Below, one piece after another: positions 52,693 through 63,250 of a stretch of DNA of 64,000 bases (positions within the stretch are counted from its first letter, which is position 1; every line of letters begins with the position of its first letter). The notes beneath the pieces were generated by a model. The model did no database searches, was not told the DNA's origin, and saw only the letters and a program-made list of their open reading frames with translations. Source of the stretch: Camelus ferus. Its lineage: Eukaryota. A program made the position numbers and the translations under genes. The DNA lies in assembly GCF_009834535.1 (NCBI RefSeq), contig NC_045696.1, positions 41,232,001 through 41,296,000 on the forward strand, read 5' to 3'.

Positions 52693-53632
52693 CTGACCAA
52701 AAGTATTACAAATAAGCCAAGTGATTGTTTTAAATAAAAGAAAACTCAAAACATTTACTTCAAAAAGAATCTCAAGTTTCTAGTACTACATAGCAACTTT
52801 TAAAAACAGTTAAACTAGAAAAGTAAACAGTTGATTTCCTAAAATTTGGCCATACCTAAGTCAGGTATCTATTTTCTTATTCCTCCATCTTTGATTATTT
52901 GATTTTAATTAATAAGCCCAAGTGGGATGTGTGGTTATTGCTAAGAACTTACCTTTGGAAAGAGACTGAGCTCCTTTTATATCATCTTTTATCATAAAAT
53001 ATTTTTTGAAGACAAAAATCACCTTTTAATTTAAGAAATAAAGATTAGGAATGATAAAGTCTCACAGAGGAGCCTGATTGGGCAACAAAAAGGTTAAGAA
53101 CTGGTGCTCAATTTGAATGGATAATGAAGGAAGGTCTCACTAAATCTGAGATTCATAATTTAATCTTTCAATCTTTGGTACCTGTTCCATATTAACTAGT
53201 AAAATAAGAACATATTATTACCGAAATAGAAACAAAACAACAAAATACTATGCAAGTAGGGAAAAGGTAGAAACATAGATGGGCAGTGAATGGATCCTCT
53301 TGGCCTTATGAGAGCTATTAATGGCTTTATCTGTCTAGATAAGAAGTAGATCTGTGATAAGTTTGAAAACCAGTTTTACCAAAAACGACTGCTGCAATGA
53401 AACACAGAATGGCACTATTTCAAATAGGCTACATGGCAAATAAGTATCCTGAAGTAAGTTCCTGCAGGACTTGTTCTATGAAAAACAGCTGGTAACTTAT
53501 GAGTTTTCATAATTTTAAGAGGAAAATAGATGAACGACCACAAACAATAAAAGCACTGTCACACGAAGCAAGATGAAACCCTGGGTCTGACAATAAGCAG
53601 GATAAAGCTTGTTGAAAACACAGTGTCATTAC

Positions 53633-53689
53633 CTAATGCTGTTCCTGGGGCCTCTGGTCTAAGAGTGACAGGTTCAAGGTCTGTGGGAA
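53633..53689 (-). CDS. ABI3BP: ABI3BP exon (57 nt, type A)
   Basis: tggtcag|TTCCC...TTAG|gtaatg; VPTDLEPVTLRPEAPGTAL. Confidence 0.88.
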   Translation of the reverse strand, partial: FPQTLNLSLLDQRPQEQH

Positions 53690-55009
53690 CTGACCAAAAA
53701 ATAATAACAGTAAATCAAAGAGATTTAAAAATACATGAAAACTTAAAACATTCACATCCCAACAAAACTTGCTTGTGTATCATCCTTTCTACAGAAACAA
53801 AGAAACAAAAAATAATTGAGAGAAAGAGTAGATGACTGTTCTTTGAAGATTTGGCCAAACTATAGTCATGGTCAGTCTTAGGCTTAGCCTTGGAACTATC
53901 TCGAGGATCTTAAACATAAAATTCTCCTAGTTTTTAGCTAATGGATTATAATTAATATGGAAAACTCTATCCTGGAAAATATTTTTAGGCATTTACCTAA
54001 CAGTGAGAAAAGAAACTCTCTTTAAAATAATCTGATCAACCAGTACTCCTGTAGAAGCTGAAAATGAGCACTTACTGTTTTCAAGTAAACATGGGCACAA
54101 CAGACAGTGTAAGTTTGAAACAGACGTAAGAATTACTGGTTGAAGTAGACTCTGATGATCTTGCCAAGAATTCATCTATGGAAAGAGTCTGAGACCTCTG
54201 CCCAAACCAATGGCACATAAAAGAGCAGGATAAAGATGGTTACTCAGGCTGTAAAACTCAGTAGAGCACCTCTCTGGCCTAAGACCAGAAAAAGTGGAAA
54301 TCAAAGACAGTTGCTGTCTCTGTGTCAAACCTAAATTCCTGAATCAGGTCCTCAAAATCCTCTTTCAACTGATCAAATGGACCCATCCCAATGCAGCATC
54401 ATCAACGGCCATGTTTTGACCACCTGAAGTAGGACAGTCTGTTCTGGGCACCCCCCGCCCCAGCCCCTAACCACCACATGTCCTGTCCTGCCCTGGTCCA
54501 CGTTTCCCTCCACTCATTCAAATTCTGTAGTGGGCCCCAAGTCCAAGGTCCAAGTCCAGTCCACTTTGATCTTTCCCTTCATATCGTGCAAACATATTCT
54601 CAACGTTACTGTTTTAGAACTAAAGTAAGTCTCCTACAGCTAGCACATCACCCATAGATGCCAATATTGGTCCAGGAATATGCAAGGGACTTACAATTTG
54701 TTTATTCACTTGAACTGAATCTACAGGCTCTGCTAAAGAAGTTTTACCTTTAAGATGCAAGTGGAATTCGACAGTAAGAAATATACTAAATGTATATCAA
54801 AGAAGACTCTCACATGGAAAGAATAAGGTATTCTGGTACCAACTGTATCTCATCCAGTCATATTCTCCCAGACACCTGGGTAGAGGAGACATCACTGATG
54901 CCACCGCATGACGTCACGCTTAGAGAGAATAAGAGCTTGGCACTGCTTTGGGTTCTCACTGGGACAGGCTACTAGGGCTCACCCTTAAACCAAGGAATCA
55001 CACATTTAC

Positions 55010-55093
55010 CCAGTGTGGTCTGAGGTACTTGAGTGCTCCAAGTGGCTTTAGGTCTGGGATGTGGACAAAGAGGTCTTTGCGATGCTTTGGTAG
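55010..55093 (-). CDS. ABI3BP: ABI3BP exon (84 nt, divergent type B)
   Basis: tctttag|CTACC...CTGG|gtaaat; ATKASQRPLCPHPRPKATWSTQVPQTTL. Confidence 0.78.
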
Positions 55094-55907
55094 CTAAAGA
55101 AAGAATAGCCTTTGTTATTCTATGTCTTATGGCTCTGGATGCTAAAGGAGAGGTTTTTCCAAACCCTATTAGATTTTTCAAAGTTCCATGAAATTGTAGT
55201 TTAAAAGTTTCACTCCTTTTACTGCCAAAGCATCTTGGTTTTATCAGAGGGTACTTTGGAGGCAAACTCATGAATATAGTCAAGTTACTCATTCAAGGCA
55301 TGAAAATTAGCACTTGTAATGAGATACATCATAGAACTTCCTCATTGGGAAAAATGATTAAGAAGGAAGACTCAGTTCTGGTGCAAGGGGAGGGGAAGAG
55401 AGGGTCACACTAAGGAAAAGGCTTACAATTTAAAATTTCAGAATTGGATAATTTCCTATCTATCAAATTAGTAGTAAAACACATCAGTACGTAAAACACC
55501 AACGAAGAAACAAACATACCATGCAAACAGTTTTTTAAAAGTCTAGAAACTTAGATGTGCAAAGGAGCTTAAGAAAAGCTATTATTGCTGGTCAGCTTAG
55601 GTCAGAAATAGATCCCAATTTGCTGTAAACTCAGCTTTAACACAAAACACTGTTCAACGAAGCACAAGACAATGTGACAATGTCAAATACGCTACGTGGC
55701 AGGTAAATGTTTTGAACTCAGCTCATGCCTGCTCTCGTAAAAACAGGAAACTTGTTTTTAAGAGGCTTCCGCACTCTTCAGATGAAGAAAGTGACTGAAT
55801 GGCAATGAAGGATGGTCATCGCGTGAAAGAGGAAAAGCTACATGATGGGGATGGAGACTTAGTGGACCTACGAGCAGAAGTACCAGGGAGGGGCACAGGG
55901 TCATTAC

Positions 55908-55955
55908 CTAGTGCTGTCCCAGAGGTCTCCGTTGTAAAAGTAACAGGTTCAAGGT
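55908..55955 (-). CDS. ABI3BP: Putative ABI3BP exon (48 nt) using an internal acceptor; ancestral 60-nt acceptor lost
   Basis: Donor CTAG|gtaatg intact; ancestral boundary at 55967 is preceded by ttattaca (no AG); internal ttcctgttacag| gives in-frame DLEPVTFTTETSGTAL. Confidence 0.55.
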   Translation of the reverse strand, partial: TLNLLLLQRRPLGQH

Positions 55956-56088
55956 CTGTAACAGGAATGTAATAAACAAAAGAGTTCAATCTTTAGTGTA
56001 TGAAGAGCCATATTGTTCACTTCAAAATGAATCCTGCCACTGTAACATTGCCTCTAGAATAACCTTCAAAATTTTTTTGAATGAAAGG

Positions 56089-56460
56089 TGTTAGGGACTG
56101 AGTTGTGTCTTCCCAAAATCTATGTTGAAGCCCTAACTCCCAAGGTGACTATATTTGGAAATAGGGCCTCTGAAGATGCAGTTAAGGTTAAATGAGGTCA
56201 TAAAGGTGGGGCCCTAAGCCAACAGGACTAATGTCCTTAGAAGAGGGAGCGACACCCAGGATGTGCATATGCAGAGAAAATGCCAGGGGAGGACACAGTA
56301 AGACGGTAGCCACCTATAAGCCAAGGAGAGAGGCCTCAGGAGAAATTAAACCTGCTAATACCCTGATCTTCCAGCCTCCAGAGCTGTGAGAAATAGATTT
56401 CTTCTGTTTCAGCTCCCTAGTCTATGACATTTTGGTACAGGCAGCTCTTACAAACTAACA
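56089..56460 (+). mobile_element. MaLR LTR (MLT1A/B-like), near full length
   Basis: tgttagggactgagttgtgtc...tatgttgaagccctaactccc...ttaaggttaaatgaggtcat...aagccaaggagagaggcctcagg...ccagcctccagagctgtgagaaata...aaactaaca. Confidence 0.88.
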
Positions 56461-57666
56461 GAAAAAGAAATCAATTGTTTTGCTCACACTTGCCCAAACT
56501 TCAGTAAGGGATTTCTTCATCTTACGAGATAGTAATTACCTTTGGTCTCTGTTTAGCAGCACAAGAGGAAAACAGTTCCTGTAGTTAGTGCTTGATGATC
56601 TGAATCTACTGTGGTAGACTTTAGGATAATTTTAGGTATTTGCTTAAATACATTTCTAACAAACCTCAAGAAGCATATGAAAAACTAACCTATACTTCTG
56701 TGGATGCTGAATTTAAAAAATCTTCTATGTATATCAAATAATGGTTGCAGAAAAAGTTCCCAAAGAACCAAGCAGACATTACACTAATAGCCAAAAATAG
56801 CTATGATAATCTTGCTGAGAAAATTCAGCTTTGGAAAGATCTTGTGACTTCTGTCCAAACAAGAAGACTAAGTAAGGGGCAGCCGCTCATCCTGTGGCAT
56901 CCAGTGAAGCATGTGTCCACTCTCAGTGCAGCAAACATTATCCAAGTGTGGGAAGAAGAGGTTTCTGATGCTCATTAAGAACAACATCAATCTCATTCAA
57001 CTTCCCACATTGTCATTCAAATGCATCATCCCAACAAAAATGTTTTGCCTGGCACTTAGAAGAAGCAGGAACTCTGCCCACCTCCGGCTGCATGTACATA
57101 CATCCTATTATTTCATCTTTGCTCATGCTCACCTCTCCACTTGTGCAAATTCTGATATGATTTCAAGGCCCAAACTCCTTCCCTGATGTATTGAAATCCA
57201 TATTGACTTTACTTCTTTAAGACCTGCTATAGAGGTATGAGATGGAAGAATTTGGGGTCCCTCAATCACCAATTAGGGAAGAACTACAGGCACCCATTTT
57301 GGATTACACATGAGTTAGAAGTAAAATATTAAATACTGTCCATTTGAAAAAAAGGATTTAACAAGTCTAACATTTAATGTTTAGGTACCTAAGAAAAACC
57401 TTGATTTTTGAAAACACACCCTGCCGTATTTTCATTCTCTAGGCTTTTCATGCAGTAAAATAATTGTGCTCAACTATCCTGCACACTGAAAAGTGTAACA
57501 CGTCCCCCACTACCTAGAATCAGAGAGAAGATTATGTCTCTTCCAAACATGAACTCCCTGTGAAGCCAAAAATCATTTCACGATTCCCTCACTAGCGGTA
57601 CGTGGTGGTACATTTTCAACCAGTGACAGGCTACCAGGCTCCTTAAACCAAAAACCCTCCTTTGGT

Positions 57667-57750
57667 CTGGTGTGGTCTCAGCTAGATGTGGGCTTGGTAT
57701 GGTTTTAACTTTGTGTTGTGAATGATACGTTCATTGGCATGTTTTTGCAA
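57667..57750 (-). pseudogene. Dead type-B exon copy (pseudo-exon)
   Basis: 84 nt aligns to type-B exons; acceptor reads ctac, donor reads accaaa, in-frame TGA. Confidence 0.72.
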
Positions 57751-58540
57751 GTAGAAGATAAACTTAGATACTTTAAAGCTTAAGCTTCTGCAAATTATAG
57801 GTTTTTGAAAAAAATCTTCTTTAAGTTCTCCAAAACTTGATCAGTTTTCCTTAGTTTGAGGAAATGTATCTTTATAGTCTGCAAGTTTGCCTCTACCATG
57901 CTATTGTATCTTCCTCTGTTATTGAAGGTATTTAGGGGACAAAGTTGACATATAAAATGAAGTTATTAATTCAGATAGCCAAGAATGATTTTTATCACAT
58001 CCTAGAGTTCCCTGACTGCATTTAAAAGGGTAAGAATCATTTCTAAACTATAGAGGAGGGTAAAGGGGAATCACATTCATCTTAAGAATGGGGCTTACCA
58101 TGAAAACTTATTAGCCTTCATCACATTATCTGTTAGAAAATTCACTATAAATGTATTATCAAATGTTGACAAAACAACAAAAAAGTAGGCAGATTAAAAA
58201 CAAAAGGCAGGTGTACAAAGAATATGAAGAGACTTCCCTGTCACAAACTGGTTAGCACAGATCAGGATCAGGGTTCTCCTAAACAGATAAAATTTATCTT
58301 AACAGAGAACACTGGTTGAGCTCAGAGCACTAAATAACATGAAAAAAAATTTAAATAAATTCACAAGGCGGGTAAATATCCCAAACTAGCTCCAGGGCTG
58401 GCTCCCTTTAGAATAAGAGGTAACCTGTTTATGCATGTTTAACTCGCAATAATGTAACTGAACAGCGGTGGAGTGGAAAGAGCAGAGGGTTAGGCAACGA
58501 GCAGAAAAAGTACTTGCTGAAGGTCAGAAAGCAGCATTAC

Positions 58541-58600
58541 CAAATGCTGTCGCTGGAGCCTCTTTTATAGGAGTAACTGGTTCAAAGACTGTAGCCGGAA
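58541..58600 (-). CDS. ABI3BP: ABI3BP exon (60 nt, type A)
   Basis: tggtcag|TTCCG...TTTG|gtaatg; VPATVFEPVTPIKEAPATAF. Confidence 0.88.
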
Positions 58601-59254
58601 CTGACCAAAAAAAAAAAAAAAAAACAATGAATGTTAAACATTTACACAATCTCAGAGGTACATGGTGTATCTGCACGCAGGTACCAATTTATCCCTTAGG
58701 AGGGGCTGTCTATGTACTCAGATAACTGTCCCTGAGAAGTGCCCTAGAAGTTCTTCATTCTGTGATGATGCTCATCTAAGTAATGGACCAAAGTAGACCT
58801 ACCCATCTTGCCAAAAACTCCTCTTTGGAAAGAGACCATGAACTTGGCCCATCTGGGGTCCTTAAGAGAACAAGGCAAGGGGCAGCCATTCATTCTGTGA
58901 TGCAGCCGTATGCCTCTGTCCCTCCCCCAAGGGAAAGTGTACCCAGTATGGACACTGATGATGCTCATGTGAAACCCAAAGTTCTAAGATCAATATTAAA
59001 AATTACTTTCAACTGGTCCTATGAACCTTCTGAGCTGTAGGGGCTTCAATAAAGTATTCTGATCAGCACTTATAAACCTGGTAGCTTTTATCGGTCAGGG
59101 AAGATTCTGTCTCCCTTCACTGGTCCGTCTCCTCTAATGTCCTGTCTTTCTGACACTATTCATCCTTCATCCTCCTAGTTACCAAATTTAGTGATTTCAA
59201 TGCTCAAGTCCTTCCAAACTATTCTGGCCAACCCGGACTGTTTCTTTAAACCAC

Positions 59255-59448
59255 GAATCAAACTATGGCCCTGAGGACAAATCTTGCCTTGTTTTCATAC
59301 AGCACACTTCCCTTCCATGTTTAAGTGATTGTTAAAAAAAAAAAAAAGAAAAAAGAGAAAAATATGTGTCAGAGACTATTTGGGTCACAAATACCCAGTA
59401 TTGACTATCTTGCCCTTTACAGACAATACTTGCCCAACTCCTGCCCTA
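59255..59448 (+). mobile_element. MER58-like remnant (duplicated at ~62750-62940)
   Basis: caaactatggccctgagg...tattgactatcttgccctttacagacaatacttgcccaactcctgccctag. Confidence 0.6.
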
Positions 59449-59704
59449 GGGCTGTACCATGAGTTATACACCACAAGTGCATCACCCTGCAGATAAGTAT
59501 TTTTAACTAAGTTCCAACTTGACTCTCTTAAAAATCGATGAGTTGTTATTACTCTTCAATATATTAAACAGTAACAGAATGACAATAGACAAGAACACAA
59601 GAGTCTTGTGAAGCAGGAGAAGATGAGCTTATGATGGTGATGAAATGATGAAATGGGTCTGAAATGAGCAGAAGCAGATGCTGACGGACATAATGTGTCA
59701 TTAC

Positions 59705-59764
59705 CTACTGTCGTCCCAGGAGCCTCGGTCCTAAGAATACCTGGTTCAGGGATTGTGGCAGGAA
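59705..59764 (-). CDS. ABI3BP: ABI3BP exon (60 nt, type A)
   Basis: tgatcag|TTCCT...GTAG|gtaatg; VPATIPEPGILRTEAPGTTV. Confidence 0.88.
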   Translation of the reverse strand, partial: FLPQSLNQVFLGPRLLGRQ

Positions 59765-60734
59765 CTGATCAAAAGTAATCAAAGAAATCAAAGAGATTTT
59801 TGTGAATGCATGGAATGTCAGCAAAGTCATCCTACCGGTAACAATAATGCTTCTAAGGGAGAAGGGGGAGGGGGAGGATGGATGACACACAAAAGCTGTA
59901 ACACCAAGAGGCAGGAACTCTGGAGGGGGGGGAAGGGGTGGTGATGGGGACGAGGGGGTTATTCTGGGTTCTGTCCTCCACACATAGAACAGAGCTGAAA
60001 AGAAGCCCAGACTCTACTCACTAGGTGACTAAGTCCTTAGTGAAAACAGTGGCATTTAATACATTAAGGTGAGAAACAACCTCTCAGATTGTGGTATCAC
60101 AGTGGACTCGGCATCTCCAGTGCTAAGCAGAGCAAAAGCAGGGGCCTGGCTAGAAGTAAGGATCACTGAAGCCCACTGGATCTCACTTGAGCTCTTGAGT
60201 AGACATCCCAGCCCCCTTTAATTCACCCTACAGGCCTTACCAACAGGCGCACATCAACAAGTCATCCTCTGTCTGGGACGCCGGCTTCCTTCAGCACATT
60301 CCCTGTTTATTGAGTCTTGTTGCCTCATCCTTCCACTCATCCAAATTCTGTACTAATTTTTCCTAATTATCCTGGATCTTTTCCCTCTCCAAGTACTTAT
60401 TCTACTTCTAGCATAAGATTTGGACTATTTGAGACATTATCTTACATTTGTATCAACATGCTGCCTTATGCTATTTTCTACCTGTTTACAAAAGATACAG
60501 CTTTTGATTACAACTATAGCACAAAATGATAGGGAAAGAAAACATAATGCCTACTTTTGATGTGTCTCCCAGCTGCCTATATGGTTATGTGGATATAGAA
60601 GGGTTTAATAGTAAGAGTACGTTTTACCATTAAGAATGTATAGTATAAAGACCGGTATCAATTATGTGCTTAGAATTTAGGGTCCCAACTGAGGTAGAGG
60701 CTTGGATTCCTTAACCCAGAAACCACATATTTAC

Positions 60735-60825
60735 CCAGTTTGGTCTGAGGTACTTCTGGATGGGGTGTGGTTTTAGTTTTGGGACGTGGACGACGGGGTC
60801 TCTTTGTTGTTGTTGTTGTTGGCTG
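60735..60825 (-). CDS. ABI3BP: ABI3BP type-B exon with intact splice sites but frame-disrupting length (91 or 88 nt)
   Basis: ccttcag|CAG|CCAACA...CTGG|gtaaat; family frame reads PTTTTTKRPRRPRPKTKTTPHPEVPQTKL but starts in phase 0 rather than phase 1. Confidence 0.6.
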
Positions 60826-61161
60826 CTGAAGGAAGAAAATTTAGGATTAATATGGTGCTGATGGCTCCATTAACTTGAATAGAATGATGTAACATGGCTC
60901 TAAGCTTTCTAAAACTGGCTGGAGTTTCTTTGAGTGGAGACAGCTTTGTTACTTCAGTTTGATATGTTCCTCTTTAACAGATTGAAAGGTGTTCCTTTAT
61001 AATTAAGAATACTTTAGACATTAAGAGTTACATTAAAGTTACGTTTAAGATGATTGTGAAGCCACAAATTTCTTTACAGTTGCTCCCTGGGGGTGTATGG
61101 TGGTACATTTTCAGCCAGTGACAGGCTACCAGGCTTCTCAAACCAAGGACCCTGCTTTGGT

Positions 61162-61245
61162 CTGGTGTGGTCCCAGCTACACCTGGACTTGTGGTGGTTT
61201 TAGGTTTGTGTTGTGAATTATACGTCCATTGGGAAGTTTTTGGAA
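61162..61245 (-). pseudogene. Dead type-B exon copy (duplicate of 57667-57750)
   Basis: 84 nt, open (PKTSQWTYNSQHKPKTTTSPGVAGTTP) but acceptor reads ctac and donor reads accaaa. Confidence 0.72.
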
Positions 61246-62034
61246 GTAGCGACGATAAAGTTTAGTTCCTTAAAGCTTATGCTTCTTCAAATATTAGGTT
61301 TTTTAAAAAAAAATCTTTAAGTTCTCCAAAGCTTGGTAGATTTCAGTCTGCTTCAGGAAATGTAAGTTCCTAGTCTGAAAAGTTTGCCCCTACCCTGCTG
61401 CTGTATCTTCCTTTCATATTGGAAGTATTTTGGGGACAAAGTTGACATATAAAATGAAGTTAATTCAGAAAGTCAGAATTGGTGTTTTTATCACATTCTA
61501 GATGTCTCTGACTGCATTAAAAAGGTTAAGAACCATCTAAACTATGGTGGAGGGTAAGGGCAGTTAGATTCACCTTAAGGGAGGAGCTACTATGTAAACT
61601 TATTAGACTTGATCACATTCTCTGTTAGACAATTCACTGAAAACATACCACCTGAATATTAACAAAAGAACAAAAAAATGAGGCAGATAAAAAAAGGCAG
61701 CTATACAAAGGATATGAAAAGAGACTTCCCTGCCATGGGCTGGTTAGCACAGATCATGATCAGGGTTCTCCTAAATAGATAAAATTTACCTCAACAGAAA
61801 ACTCTAGTGGAGCTAACAACATTAAATGACATGAAAAATTTTTAAATAGGTTAAAAGGGTGGGTAAATATAGATCCAGGCATAGATTTCTAGTTTTTAAA
61901 ACAATAGGTATCTCACTTTATGCATGTTTAACTCACAAGAAAAAGAACGTAACTGAACAGCAATGCAGTGGAAAGAGCAGAAGTTTGGCAACGAGCAGAA
62001 AAAGCACTTGCGGAAGGTCAGAAAGCGGCATTAC

Positions 62035-62094
62035 CAAATGCTGTCGCTGGGGCCTCTTTTATAGGAGTAACTGGTTCAAAGACTGTAGCTGGAA
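62035..62094 (-). CDS. ABI3BP: ABI3BP exon (60 nt, type A; duplicate of 58541-58600)
   Basis: tggtcag|TTCCA...TTTG|gtaatg; VPATVFEPVTPIKEAPATAF, two synonymous differences from paralog. Confidence 0.88.
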
Positions 62095-63190
62095 CTGACC
62101 AAAAATAACAACAGTAAAAAATGAAATATTAAACATTTATACAATCTCAGACGGGACATGGTGTATCTGCTCTCGGGTACCAATTTATCCCTTAGGAAGG
62201 GTTGTCTTTGTACTCAGATAACTGTCCCTGAGAAGTGCCCCAGAAGTTCACATTCTGTGATGATCCCCGTCTAAGTAATGGGCCAAAGTAGACATACCCA
62301 TCTTGCCAAAAACTCATCTTTGGAAAGAGATCATGAACTTGGCCCATCTGGGGTCCTTAAGAGAAGACGATAAGGGGCAGCCATTCATTCTGTGGTGCAG
62401 CCGTATCCCTCTGCCTTACCCCAGGGAAAGCGTATGGGGTATGGATACTGATGATGCTCACGTGAAACCCAAAGTTCTAAGTCCAGTAGTAAAATTCACT
62501 TTTCAACTGGTTCTATGAACCCACTGAGATGCAGGAGTGTCAATAAAATATTCTGATTAGTACTTAGAAACCTGAGAGCCTTTATCAGTCAGAGAAGCCT
62601 CTGTCTCCCCTCACTGGTCTCCTCTCATGTCCTTGTCTTTCTGATATACTTCATCCTTCATTCTCTGGTTACCAAATATAGAGTGACTTCATGGCTCAAG
62701 TCGTTCCTAACTCTTCTGGCCAACCCTGACTGTTTCTTTAAACCAAACATTGACAGACTCTGGCCCTGAGGCCAAAACTTGCCCATGGCTTGTTTTCATA
62801 CAGCCCATTTCTATCTTTAATTTGTTGTTTAAAAAAAAAAAAAAAAGAGAAAAAATGCATCAGAGACTATTTGGGCCTCAAATCCCCAATATTGACTAGT
62901 CTTGCCCTTTACAGACAATACTTGCCAACTCCTGCCCTAGGGCTGTACCATGAGTTATACACCACAAATATATCACCCTGCAGATACATATTCTTAACTA
63001 AGTTCCTACTTGACTCTCTTAAAAACCAATGAGTTTTTTTTCTAACACTTTTCAATACATTAAGAGGTAAATAAGTGACAATTGACAAGAACATAAGATT
63101 CTCAAGAAGCAGAAGATGAGGTTATGACGGTGATGAAATGGGTCTGAAATGAGCAGAAGCAGATGCTGACAGACATATTGTGTCATTTAC

Positions 63191-63250
63191 CTACTGTCGT
63201 CCCAGGAGCCTCGGTCCTAAGAATACCTGGTTCAGGGATTGTGGCAGGAA
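63191..63250 (-). CDS. ABI3BP: ABI3BP exon (60 nt, type A; identical to 59705-59764)
   Basis: tgatcag|TTCCT...GTAG|gtaaat; VPATIPEPGILRTEAPGTTV. Confidence 0.87.
   Translation of the reverse strand, partial: FLPQSLNQVFLGPRLLGRQ

Noticed and set aside
47514..63250. Regularly recurring ~60-nt motifs resembling a CRISPR-like or mobile repeat array
   Set aside because: They are paralogous spliceosomal coding exons about 1 kb apart in a mammalian gene
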